Of a stretch of DNA of 37,781 nt, positions 17,069-26,458 are shown piece by piece. Each line of letters opens with the position of its first letter. The stretch's first letter is position 1. The translations under genes and the position numbers were made by a program. A model generated the notes under the pieces. It was given only the letters and a program-made list of their open reading frames with translations. It did no database searches and was not told the DNA's origin. The stretch is from a virus. Where the stretch lies: the UHGV virus genome UHGV-0171953; one strand, 5' to 3'.

Positions 17069-17668
17069 ATGAAGAAAAAATATATTTTGATTATGCTACT
17101 AATACCATTGCTAATGGTAGGGTGTAAAAAGGAAGAAAATAAAGAAAAAGTAATTAGTGAAAGTGTAAAGATGTTTACGGAAATAACCCCGAATACTAGT
17201 TTTGATGATGTGGTTGAAATTATGCAAAAAGCGGAAAAAGAAGGGTTTGGGACTTTTAACGATACTGCAAGAGGCTCTATGAGGAATGGAGATAAAGCGG
17301 AGTTGACATTTGATTTTAAAGTAACTAATAAAGAAGCTGAAAAATCACATGAAACGGATGAACGTTTATATGAAGTATCAGGAGCTAAACAGCAAATGTA
17401 TGAAAATGGACAACCTGTAGTTAAAAGTAATTATTATGGAGCTACTGTAGCCGTTACTTATAGATATGAAGATTATAAAAAGAAAATAATATGTGTGAGA
17501 TATGAAGCTGAAAGTGATAATGAGAAAATAAAATCTATGGAATATAGTTTTGTAAGTGAATGTATAGTTAATGATATGGGCATTGAAAATAGTTCGAAAT
17601 TGCAAGAATTACAGGAAAAAGGTAGTAAGAAAGAAGTGGATAAATTTTTAATAGAACTTACTAATTAA
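17069..17668 (+). CDS. Lipoprotein
   Basis: MKKK, hydrophobic stretch and LMVGC lipobox. Confidence 0.8.
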   Translation: MKKKYILIMLLIPLLMVGCKKEENKEKVISESVKMFTEITPNTSFDDVVEIMQKAEKEGFGTFNDTARGSMRNGDKAELTFDFKVTNKEAEKSHETDERLYEVSGAKQQMYENGQPVVKSNYYGATVAVTYRYEDYKKKIICVRYEAESDNEKIKSMEYSFVSECIVNDMGIENSSKLQELQEKGSKKEVDKFLIELTN

Positions 17669-17673
17669 AAATA

Positions 17674-17715
17674 AAAGGATGTATAGCTTGATTAAAATGC
17701 TATACGTCCTTTTTC
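17674..17715 (+). terminator. Rho-independent terminator
   Basis: AAAAGGATGTATAGC...GCTATACGTCCTTTTT. Confidence 0.7.
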
Positions 17716-17999
17716 TATTTCTTAATCTTTTGTAAAGCATCTTTCGTGCTTTGAGGTATATACTGTTCTAAAGCTTTTATAACCATGTCTGTAGCTGTAG
17801 TATATTCTATTATACATTGTTAGCTTAAGTGTGTTGTTTAACGACTTTGAGAATCTATATGTAACTTTATCTAAATTTGTTTTTCGTGTTACCTTATTAG
17901 GCGAACTTTTGGTTTAAGTTTTTTGTAAAACGATAATAAAAAGGTGTATAATATTGGATTGAAAGGATAGTTGATTGAAATAATGAAAGGGATTGAGCG

Positions 18000-18479
18000 A
18001 TGTTTAAAAAAATGAAAACGAATTATAATATGTCTTTTTTGAAAGAGATTTTATTGGAAAAAGGAAAAAAATGTTGGGAAGCTAATGTAGATAGTTGGGG
18101 ATATCAAATAGATGGAGACTTTGGATATGGGTTTTATAGTCGAAGTAATAAGTTGAAAATAAAGGGCCCTTGTTGTGTGAATTTGACTTTAAAAAGCGGG
18201 TTTGATTTTAGTCATGAAAAAATTATATGGGAAAGTATGAATATAGAAATAGCTTCTCTAGAAAGACCGTTTGATGAGTTTTATAAATTTAATGTCAGGT
18301 TGAAAAATTATAAGACGTATGGTGAAGTGAAATTAAAAAATGAACAATATATCTATGAAGGTGAAATAGATAATAATACATTGAATGAATTTGCGAAAAT
18401 AGTAAAAGAAATGTATGAGACAGCTTGTTGCGAATGGGAAGAAAGACCTAAAGCTAAAATGGGATTTAGATTTTTATAA
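18000..18479 (+). CDS. Hypothetical protein
   Basis: 159-aa ORF with RBS and downstream terminator hairpin (about 18475-18514). Confidence 0.7.
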   Translation: MFKKMKTNYNMSFLKEILLEKGKKCWEANVDSWGYQIDGDFGYGFYSRSNKLKIKGPCCVNLTLKSGFDFSHEKIIWESMNIEIASLERPFDEFYKFNVRLKNYKTYGEVKLKNEQYIYEGEIDNNTLNEFAKIVKEMYETACCEWEERPKAKMGFRFL

Positions 18480-18599
18480 AAAGGTGTGCAGTTGAAACTG
18501 GACACCTTTTTATAGTCTTAATAGAAATAGCTATTTTGTCGTTATATTTAATTAAAATTTATGTAGTTTTAAAAGGAGGATCTTCTTTAATAGTATATA

Positions 18600-18956
18600 T
18601 AAGTATTTAATAGTATTTAATAGTATTTAGAGATGTATAGACACATTGAAAATACTAAGGTATAGACACCTAAAGGTAACAATTTGATACTTAAAGGTAA
18701 CAATTTGATACTTAAAGGTAACAATTTGATACTCTAAAGGTAACAATTTGATACTTAAAGGTAACAATTTGATACTCTAAAGGTAACAATAGTAAAAATA
18801 TGTTGCCTTTGATTTATATTTTAGCTATAATTGTCATAAAGAGAAAAAAGGTCCTAATATATGGAAGCCTTTTAAATAATATTGTAGGTATTAAATTGTT
18901 ACCTTTTAGATAGATTAAACAAAAATTTATTTTAAAGGTAACAATTTGATACTCTA
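18600..18956 (+). repeat. Iteron-type plasmid origin
   Basis: TAAAGGTAACAATTTGATACT(C) x5 plus a partial copy (18671-18790); AT-rich AGTATTTA repeats at 18601-18630; one inverted (about 18887-18908) and one direct (about 18933-18954) copy before the rep RBS. Confidence 0.92.
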
Positions 18957-18971
18957 AAAAGGGGAAATTTT

Positions 18972-20120
18972 ATGAGTGAAATTATAATTAATGATAATTG
19001 TATAGATTTGCTAATGCAGTCTAAACAACTTGTACATACATCTTATGAGGTAACAGCAATTCAAAATAGAATATTTTACTATTGTTTGTTAACAGCTCAA
19101 AAAGAAAAAAATGGAGAGTTGAGTTGCACGGTAAAGCTAGAAGACATAAAAAAACTTATTCCAAATAAGAATCAAAGAACACTTGCAAATATAAAAAAAA
19201 CTATACAAATTTTAAAACAAACATCATTAGAATTTGAGAAAAGAGAAGATGGAGATACTATAGAGTGTGATTATAACTTAATTGCGGGAAGTGAGTATAA
19301 CGTAAATAAAGAGACATTTAAAATAAAGCTTGCAGATAGGCTATATAGGCACTTAATTGACTATACTGTATATGCTCCTTTAAATTTAGAGATTTTAACT
19401 AAATTCAAAAGTTTTTATGCCCAAAGATTATATGAATTATTAAGACTTTGGAGTAGAACTAATACACCAATAATTAAGAGTTTTAAAATAGAGCAGTTAA
19501 GATTTGTATTAGGGGTAGAGAATAAATATCCAGCATATAAAAATTTTAAGCAGAGAGTATTAAATCAAGCTGTTAAAGAAATAAATCAAGTTGGAAATAT
19601 GAAAGTAGATATTGAAGAAGTAAAAAATGGTAGAAGAGTAGATGAAATTAAATTTATGATATTTGATTATGAGAAAAAAGTTTATTTTAAAAATAATAAT
19701 TCTATAGTAAGTAATGAAGATCAGATTGAAATAAAAGAAATAGAAGTTATAAGTAAAGATGAAAAAGAAGAAATAAAAGAATTTTATGTTCCAAATAAAA
19801 AACTGTTTACTACAAAAACATTAGATAATTTCAAAAGTGATTTTGTAGATTATGATTTTAAAGATAGTACATATAAAAGGTTATTACAAGAATCTATTTT
19901 AATAACTTTAGAAAAAGATGATGATGAAAAAATAAAAGTTAAATCTTATAATTATTTTAAAAAGACCTTAGAAAATAAAATTAAGAACAATAAAACTAAT
20001 GGAGTTAAGAAACAAAAAACTAGATTTCACAATATAAATCAAACATTTGAAAAATATACATCTGACGAGTTAGAGAAAATATTGTTAGAAAATCAAAAGG
20101 ATAAATTTAAAGCTATCTAA
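18972..20120 (+). CDS. Plasmid replication initiator, Rep_3/RepB family
   Basis: FKSFYAQRLYELL, YPAYKNFKQRVLNQAVKEIN and KNGRRVDEIKF motifs; iterons upstream. Confidence 0.92.
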   Translation: MSEIIINDNCIDLLMQSKQLVHTSYEVTAIQNRIFYYCLLTAQKEKNGELSCTVKLEDIKKLIPNKNQRTLANIKKTIQILKQTSLEFEKREDGDTIECDYNLIAGSEYNVNKETFKIKLADRLYRHLIDYTVYAPLNLEILTKFKSFYAQRLYELLRLWSRTNTPIIKSFKIEQLRFVLGVENKYPAYKNFKQRVLNQAVKEINQVGNMKVDIEEVKNGRRVDEIKFMIFDYEKKVYFKNNNSIVSNEDQIEIKEIEVISKDEKEEIKEFYVPNKKLFTTKTLDNFKSDFVDYDFKDSTYKRLLQESILITLEKDDDEKIKVKSYNYFKKTLENKIKNNKTNGVKKQKTRFHNINQTFEKYTSDELEKILLENQKDKFKAI

Positions 20121-20153
20121 CAATAAAGTAAGATAAAATTAGGAGAAAATAGA

Positions 20154-20939
20154 ATGTATTATTTATATAAATACTTAGATCCATCAACAGGAGAGTGTCT
20201 TTATATAGGACAAACTAATAACCTTTATAGTAGGCATTTAAATCATCTTAGTAATAAAAATGAGCAATGGTGTAATAATTTAGTAACAATGAAATATATA
20301 GAAGTTCCAGATAAATATAATTTGAATTTTTTAGAAATGTATTTAATTAATAAAGAACTACCTAAGTACAATAAAGTTGGTAAGAAAAGAATGGATTGTG
20401 ATTTCCTTCAATTAAACTTTAATCCAAAATGGAAAAGTTATACAAGAGAAGATTTCTTACAAAATTCTGAAGAAAAAGGAAGGAAGTTAGGTGTAAATTA
20501 TAATATAAATCATAATAATTATAATTTATTTAAAAAGTTAATAAGTGAAGATAGATTAAAAAATATTAAATACTCAAAATCTATGATAGAAGCAGAATTT
20601 GAATCTGATTATGAATCTATTAATTCTATAGATGAATGTTTTTTATTAAAAACTTCGTATAAAGGGGTAAGATTTTCAGGATTAGCAAACTTAATTAGTA
20701 TTTACCAGATTTGGCAAAGAAATGAGATAGGATGTTTTATATCTGGAAAAACAACATTTTGTTTACATATAAATTTTTTAAAAGATATAATTGATAGTTT
20801 GTTCGTGCCAACTAAAGAGTTATACGAAGTTATAGATATAGTAAATAAATTTTTAAAGATGATTGGAATTGATAAAGATTGGGAAGTAGTTTTGAATGAA
20901 GATTGTGAATGCGATATTAAACATCAAGAAGAAATGTAA
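20154..20939 (+). CDS. GIY-YIG nuclease domain protein
   Basis: YLY-x10-YIGQTNNLYSR...LE.YLI...PKYN. Confidence 0.8.
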   Translation: MYYLYKYLDPSTGECLYIGQTNNLYSRHLNHLSNKNEQWCNNLVTMKYIEVPDKYNLNFLEMYLINKELPKYNKVGKKRMDCDFLQLNFNPKWKSYTREDFLQNSEEKGRKLGVNYNINHNNYNLFKKLISEDRLKNIKYSKSMIEAEFESDYESINSIDECFLLKTSYKGVRFSGLANLISIYQIWQRNEIGCFISGKTTFCLHINFLKDIIDSLFVPTKELYEVIDIVNKFLKMIGIDKDWEVVLNEDCECDIKHQEEM

Positions 20940-21019
20940 TGGGATTTGTAAACAAGAGGGGTATATTAAGAAGGCAAGATATGAGATAAGAAAACCAATT
21001 TTAAAATAGTAAAATACAA

Positions 21020-21048
21020 TTAGCTAGGGTAAAACCTAGCTTTTTTAT
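21020..21048 (+). terminator. Rho-independent terminator
   Basis: AGCTAGG-GTAAAA-CCTAGCT followed by T-run. Confidence 0.75.
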
Positions 21049-21049
21049 T

Positions 21050-21375
21050 TATATAAATTATTAAAAATGTAAAAATAAATTAAAATTAATGTATTTATAA
21101 ATCTAAAATAAATTGATTTTAATTTATATAAAGTATGATATTAAATTATTTTTAATTTATAAAAGGAATATGAAAAAAATTATTGAATACTTAAAATAAA
21201 AGTTAATATAAATTATTTTTAAATATAAATAATGTAAAAATAATTTATTTATACATTATTTAAAACTTGTAAAAAAAGTATATTTATATTAAAATAAAAA
21301 AGTATTTTAAAATTGTAAACAAATTAAATATAAATTAAATATAAATTAGATATAAATTATTTTTAATTTAAAAAT
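21050..21375. promoter_or_regulatory. Very AT-rich region with TAAATTA repeats; putative par centromere/promoter
   Basis: Tandem 11-bp AAATTARATAT units at 21321-21360 and dispersed TAAATTATTTTT copies, directly upstream of parA. Confidence 0.55.
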
Positions 21376-21391
21376 AAATGAGGTGTAAATT

Positions 21392-22198
21392 ATGAAAATA
21401 TGTTCATTTTTCAATGTTAAAGGTGGAGTTGGAAAAACGACTTTAACAATACTTACTGCAATGAAATTAAGTAAAGAAGGTAAAAAAGTATTACTTATAG
21501 ATGCAGATACTCAAGCAAATCTAACACAATTCTTATATAAAGTAGTTCACGAAGATAAAACATTATTTCAAATGCTAACAGAAAACGCAACAGCAGATGA
21601 AGTAATACTAAAAAGTATATTAGATAGATTTGAAAATATCGACTTAATTCCAAGCGATATAAGTTTAAGTGTATTATCTGAATACCTATCAACTCAAATG
21701 GGAAGAGAAAAGGCCGTATGGAGATGGTTTAAAAATAATATTGAAGCAGTAGAAAAATATGATTATATATTTGTAGATTTATCACCAAGCTATGATCTAA
21801 TAGCTAGAAACTTTATGTTAATTTCAGATAGTATTATAACTCCAATTGAATATCAAGATATTGCTAGTATAAGAGGATGTGAATTATTCTATCAAAAGTT
21901 TAAACAAGATTTAGAGTTTTTAGATATACAAACTAATGTAAAAAGAGCTGTTGTTATAAATTCATATACAAGTAGAAAACTATCTACTGGTGATTTATTT
22001 AATAACTACTTAAATGAGTTTGAAGATATCAAAAGAGATTTATTAGAATCTAAGATTAGTGATACTACTGTAGTAAAGAATGCAATTTTAAATAATATGG
22101 ATTTAGAAGATTATTGTAGAAAACAAAAGAAGGCTCACAAGGTTAGAGAAGAGTTTAATAATTTAATAAAAGAATTAGAAGAAAAGGAAGTGCTATAA
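21392..22198 (+). CDS. parA: ParA-family partition ATPase (type Ib)
   Basis: Deviant Walker A KGGVGKTT, LLIDADTQAN and YDYIFVDLSP; no N-terminal HTH. Confidence 0.93.
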   Translation: MKICSFFNVKGGVGKTTLTILTAMKLSKEGKKVLLIDADTQANLTQFLYKVVHEDKTLFQMLTENATADEVILKSILDRFENIDLIPSDISLSVLSEYLSTQMGREKAVWRWFKNNIEAVEKYDYIFVDLSPSYDLIARNFMLISDSIITPIEYQDIASIRGCELFYQKFKQDLEFLDIQTNVKRAVVINSYTSRKLSTGDLFNNYLNEFEDIKRDLLESKISDTTVVKNAILNNMDLEDYCRKQKKAHKVREEFNNLIKELEEKEVL

Positions 22199-22199
22199 A

Positions 22200-22574
22200 A
22201 TGGCTTTAGATGTTTTTAAAGAAGATGTTAAAGAGATAAAAATAAGAAAAAATGACTATCAAACTAAAGTAGATAAGGCTATAGAAAACAATATAAAAGA
22301 AGAAGATATATCAATAGGAACTTTAAATTTATTGGATATGGAAGAAGAAAAAAAGATAGTAAAAACACCTCAGACTATTTACCTTGAAGAGGATGATTTA
22401 AAGCTTTTAAAAGCAGTATCTTCTATAAAAAATACAACTATAGGTAAGACAATAAATAATATAATTAAAGTTGCTGTAGAAACTACGAAAGCTAGCTTAC
22501 CAGATGATTTTGATATAGATAAACAATCATTAAAATATGATAAAGATAATAAAGTAAAAAAAAATAAAAAATAA
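22200..22574 (+). CDS. Small ParA partner (putative ribbon-helix-helix centromere-binding protein)
   Basis: Coupled to parA; PQTIYLEEDDLKLLKAVS...TIGKTINNII resembles an RHH fold. Confidence 0.65.
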   Translation: MALDVFKEDVKEIKIRKNDYQTKVDKAIENNIKEEDISIGTLNLLDMEEEKKIVKTPQTIYLEEDDLKLLKAVSSIKNTTIGKTINNIIKVAVETTKASLPDDFDIDKQSLKYDKDNKVKKNKK

Positions 22575-22745
22575 ATTTTATATTGATTTATAAAATTTAT
22601 TTAAGTAATTCATGAATCAATAAAATGCAAAATATATAATTTTCTACAAAGTATTTTAATTTATTTAGCTAAATTTGCTAAATATACAAAAAAATATATA
22701 ATTATATTAGATAATTAAAAATATAATAAAGGGGATAATGTTAAT

Positions 22746-24131
22746 ATGAATAAGCAAAACTTAAATTCCTTTTCAGAAGATGTATTTAATAGAAAATATA
22801 TAGCTGAGAATTTAACTAAAATAATAGAATCTAAAAGTAAACCAATGGTTATTTCTTTAGATTCTGAGTGGGGAACAGGCAAAACAACATTTGTAACAAT
22901 GTGGAAAGAATTATTAGATAATGATAGTAATTACAATTCAAAATTTAATACTCTTTACTTCAATGCATGGGAACATGACTATATAAAAGATCCTTTACTG
23001 GCTATTTTTTCTGAAATAGAATCTCAAGTCAAAGAAGAAGATAGCAAGCTTAAAAAGCATTTAGACAATGTTAAAAATAAAGCTAAACCATATGCTAAGA
23101 TAGCTGCTACAACTAGTTTGAAAGTGGTTACTGCAGGGATGTTAAATTTAGATAATGTAAATTTGGGCAATTATAATGAGTCTCAATTGATTGAGTTAGC
23201 GGGTAAGTTGGGGGATATAGCTATAAAAGAAATCTCTGCAAGTAAAAAACTTAGAGCTGAGTTAAAAAAAGAAATGGCTAAATATCAAGAATCTAGCAAT
23301 AAAAAAATAGTTTTCTTTATTGATGAGCTAGATAGATGCAGACCTAACTTCGCCATAGAGTTACTAGAGGTCATTAAACATTTATTCGATATAAATAATT
23401 TTGTATTTGTAATATCTATTGATAAAGAACAATTATCTCATTCTGTATCAACTATATATGGTCAGAATATGGATACTGTAGGATATTTAAGGAGATTTTT
23501 TGATTTAGATTATAAGCTTCCTAAAATAGATATAGAAAAATTTATTGATGATAAAAATTCGATTACTTTCGAAAATTACTATAATGTCGGATTCTTAGAA
23601 GCGTTTATAAAGGAGGTACTTATACTTAATAGATTTTCACTGAGAGATATAGAAAAGACTTATTATTACATAGAATTATTACTTCCTTTAATCAAAGAAT
23701 TTAATTGTTATGATAAGGAGTTTATAGATATTTATTATCTAGTAGTCAGCTACATTTACGCTACTCTTATAGCTATTAAAATTAAAAAACCAATTCTTTA
23801 TAAAAAAATAATAGATATGGACTTTGATTTAAATGAAGTTGTAAATGAATTTAACATTCCTGACTATACTTATTATGGAGAAAGTATTTATGGATGGCAT
23901 CCCAAACCACTTCAAGAAGTAATTTCTTCTTTATTTGAAAAGTATTTAAAATTAATATTAAAAATAAAAGAAACTCAAAATATAAACACATTACACACAA
24001 AAGATTTTATTATTGGTCTAAAACGTGAAGATGGTTCGTATATAGGAACTCATAGTATTGACTTATTAAATTTATATAGAGAATCAAATTTAAATGTTCA
24101 CTCTAAATTAGATTTTCTTGAGGGGTTTTAA
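22746..24131 (+). CDS. KAP-family P-loop NTPase
   Basis: ISLDSEWGTGKTT, FNAW, FFIDELDRCRP and YLRRFFD motifs. Confidence 0.9.
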   Translation: MNKQNLNSFSEDVFNRKYIAENLTKIIESKSKPMVISLDSEWGTGKTTFVTMWKELLDNDSNYNSKFNTLYFNAWEHDYIKDPLLAIFSEIESQVKEEDSKLKKHLDNVKNKAKPYAKIAATTSLKVVTAGMLNLDNVNLGNYNESQLIELAGKLGDIAIKEISASKKLRAELKKEMAKYQESSNKKIVFFIDELDRCRPNFAIELLEVIKHLFDINNFVFVISIDKEQLSHSVSTIYGQNMDTVGYLRRFFDLDYKLPKIDIEKFIDDKNSITFENYYNVGFLEAFIKEVLILNRFSLRDIEKTYYYIELLLPLIKEFNCYDKEFIDIYYLVVSYIYATLIAIKIKKPILYKKIIDMDFDLNEVVNEFNIPDYTYYGESIYGWHPKPLQEVISSLFEKYLKLILKIKETQNINTLHTKDFIIGLKREDGSYIGTHSIDLLNLYRESNLNVHSKLDFLEGF

Positions 24132-24180
24132 GTAAAAAATGAAGCACTTATTTTGAGAAGTGCTTCATTTTTTACTTAAA
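24127..24180. terminator. Perfect 23-bp inverted repeat after the KAP gene
   Basis: TTTAAGTAAAAAATGAAGCACTT-N8-AAGTGCTTCATTTTTTACTTAAA. Confidence 0.75.
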
Positions 24181-24476
24181 TCTTACTTATAAATTTATCT
24201 TCTTTTATAAATATATTTAGATTCAATTAATTTTTAGATTTAATATTAAATAATATACTAGTAATAGTATAGATAGATATATGTTAGTACATATAAAATA
24301 TATTTATTTTATAGAACTTCAAAAGACATAAAAGACATAGTTTTATGTTTTTAGAGTAATTTTTTATTACTATTTTTATTTTTCAAAAATTTCCATATAT
24401 TACAAAAAATTTACACAAAAATAGTGTATTTTAATGTAATATTAAAATACATATTAAAACTAAAGGGGTGTTTTGA

Positions 24477-24953
24477 ATGAGTATTATGAAAAACGTTAGA
24501 AAAACTTTTGTTTTAGCATTGGTAGGTATCACGATATCTACACCTATTATAGGAACTGTATATGCAGCAGAAGAATCAATTAATAGTTCAAATATAGTTC
24601 AAAAACAATCAACTACAGATTTAGATGAGGTTTCAAATTACTTTGGTTTGACTTATAAAGAAAAAAGACAATTAAGCCAAGCTATAAACGATTACAAATT
24701 AGAAACTGAAAATACAATACAACCTAGAGGCAAAATAAGTTGGATATCAAAAGCAGTTAGAAAAATATGGAGAAAATTACCCTTTAAAGTACGACAAACT
24801 ATAACTGCATATGTAGGATTAGAATCGTTTTTAAATGCTATAGATCACTATACAGGAACAGTAGAAAATGTAATATATAAAGCTTGTAAAAAAGTAGGGA
24901 TGAACAATGATGTTGCTTGGTGGGTAACAAAAACAATTACTTTGTTCATATAG
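24477..24953 (+). CDS. Secreted prepro-protein, putative bacteriocin
   Basis: Signal peptide ending VYA/AEE, polar pro-region, then QPR-GK and a cationic amphipathic Trp-rich C-terminal domain. Confidence 0.55.
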   Translation: MSIMKNVRKTFVLALVGITISTPIIGTVYAAEESINSSNIVQKQSTTDLDEVSNYFGLTYKEKRQLSQAINDYKLETENTIQPRGKISWISKAVRKIWRKLPFKVRQTITAYVGLESFLNAIDHYTGTVENVIYKACKKVGMNNDVAWWVTKTITLFI

Positions 24954-24962
24954 GATAACAAT

Positions 24963-25190
24963 ATGATAATAAATATTATTTTAATAATAGTTAGTATAAT
25001 AAATATAGTTTTAAATTTTGAAGAAAAAAAAGATAATAATACATATGTTGCATATGGATCATTATTAATAATAAATACCTTACTTTTATTTAAAGTAAAA
25101 AATATTATATTAAATATAATACTTTTAATATTTATTATAGTGTTTTTAATTACAATAATTAAAGCTTTGATAAATAGAAGAAAAAAATAA
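24963..25190 (+). CDS. Small three-TM membrane protein, putative immunity protein
   Basis: Highly hydrophobic with basic tail; 9 bp after the secreted-protein gene. Confidence 0.55.
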   Translation: MIINIILIIVSIINIVLNFEEKKDNNTYVAYGSLLIINTLLLFKVKNIILNIILLIFIIVFLITIIKALINRRKK

Positions 25191-25215
25191 CGATAAACAT
25201 TAAAACATTAAAACA

Positions 25216-25270
25216 TAAAAAGCAAAATTCCTACTCATCATCGTATGATCTATAGGAATTTTGCCTTTTA
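25216..25270. terminator. Long hairpin after the bacteriocin-like pair
   Basis: TAAAAAGCAAAATTCCTA...TAGGAATTTTGCCTTTTA. Confidence 0.6.
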
Positions 25271-25364
25271 TTTTTAATAAGCTAAAGAATTTAAAAATTT
25301 AGTAAAAATATTGATATATATAAGGCATAAAAGTATTACTTTTATGCTTTCTTTGTATTGATTT

Positions 25365-25940
25365 TTATATGGAATGATTTAAATAATCCTTATCAACTAT
25401 TTTATTAACTTTAGAACCACATTTTAAGCACGCTAAATGTAATTCATATTCATGAGAATCAATTTGCTCTATCCCATCAGAATCTTCCAAACATAAACTC
25501 CCACCACATTCATGAGTTAATTCTATATTATCGTTTTTACTGTAAAATAATAATTCCTTAGCTCTATTTAAATATCTAGGAAGAACTGGACTTTTATCTG
25601 CTAAATATGAAGAAATATATTCCTTTTTTTGTCCTTTATTTTGCTCAAACCAGTATGGCAAATAATATTTATTAAAATATTTATCAAGATTTATTGGAAG
25701 TACCTTGTTTTCATATCTTCTTCCAAAATCCATTAATGCACAAATAGTATTTAAAGTCGTGTTCGTCAAACCTATTAAATAGTCATCTAACTCTTTTCTA
25801 TCTGAATAAAAGTCTAAAATGTCATCTAACTCTAAAATAACACCATTATCTTCATTCTTTTCATTTGACTCTTTTTCTTCAAGGTCATAACAAAGTTTTG
25901 ATATCTCAGATATAATTTTTATAAAAAATTCTTCTTTCAT
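25365..25940 (-). CDS. Hypothetical protein, DUF3775-like core plus C-terminal Zn-ribbon
   Basis: ALMDFGR...YLADKSPVLPRYL and HEC...CLKCG; GGAGG RBS. Confidence 0.55.
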   Translation of the reverse strand: MKEEFFIKIISEISKLCYDLEEKESNEKNEDNGVILELDDILDFYSDRKELDDYLIGLTNTTLNTICALMDFGRRYENKVLPINLDKYFNKYYLPYWFEQNKGQKKEYISSYLADKSPVLPRYLNRAKELLFYSKNDNIELTHECGGSLCLEDSDGIEQIDSHEYELHLACLKCGSKVNKIVDKDYLNHSI

Positions 25941-26232
25941 TAAAAATATTCCTCCGTAAATTATGAATTATTTTGATAATAATATTTTAACGATTAATTT
26001 GAAAATATTACCATATAAATATTTTACTTTATATTCTTAATTAAATCACGGATTTGTTTATTCTTGGATAAACCTTTTATATTTTCCTCAATACTGAAAG
26101 TTATTTTTTTATAGTCTATAATGTTGTAACTTTTAAAGACATAAAAGATATTGTTTTATGTTTTATATATTAAAGCATTGAAAATACTATATTTATTTTT
26201 AAAAATATACTGACATAGTCAGAATAGGTTGA

Positions 26233-26284
26233 TTATCCACAGAAAATACATAACTTACCCACAAAATTTTCAAAGTTATTAACA
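26233..26284 (+). promoter_or_regulatory. Cluster of DnaA-box-like sites
   Basis: TTATCCACA (26233), TTACCCACA (26255) and TTATTAACA (26276), 21-22 bp apart. Confidence 0.55.
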
Positions 26285-26327
26285 TTTATATAGATAATAA
26301 AAGTATGCTCTCAAGGAGTATATTTTT

Positions 26328-26446
26328 TTGGGAAAAATAAGAAAAAAGAATTAGTAAAAAGTGTAATTGATTTAACTTTAGCTTTAATTAAATTCATAGG
26401 AGCTATAGCTCTTGTAGTATTAGCATTGAAATATTTATTTTCATAG
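26328..26446 (+). pseudogene. Small hydrophobic peptide with start codon out of frame
   Basis: AAGGAG then TTG at 26328; the -1 frame encodes GKNKKKELVKSVIDLTLALIKFIGAIALVVLALKYLFS, whose stop overlaps the next gene's RBS. Confidence 0.4.
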
Positions 26447-26458
26447 GAGGTAAAAACT

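Larger units (their letters stand above)
24327..26160. repeat. Three dispersed CATAAAA-N7-TTTTATG palindromes
   Basis: Cores at 24327-24347, 25326-25346 and 26140-26160; the first and third share about 30 bp nearly identically. Confidence 0.7.

Noticed and set aside
17720..17990. Possible ncRNA or single-strand origin in the intergenic gap
   Set aside because: I could not identify a convincing structure or motif by eye.
18671..18790. Possible CRISPR array
   Set aside because: The repeats are directly tandem with no spacers and sit upstream of a Rep_3 gene, so they are iterons. No cas genes are present.
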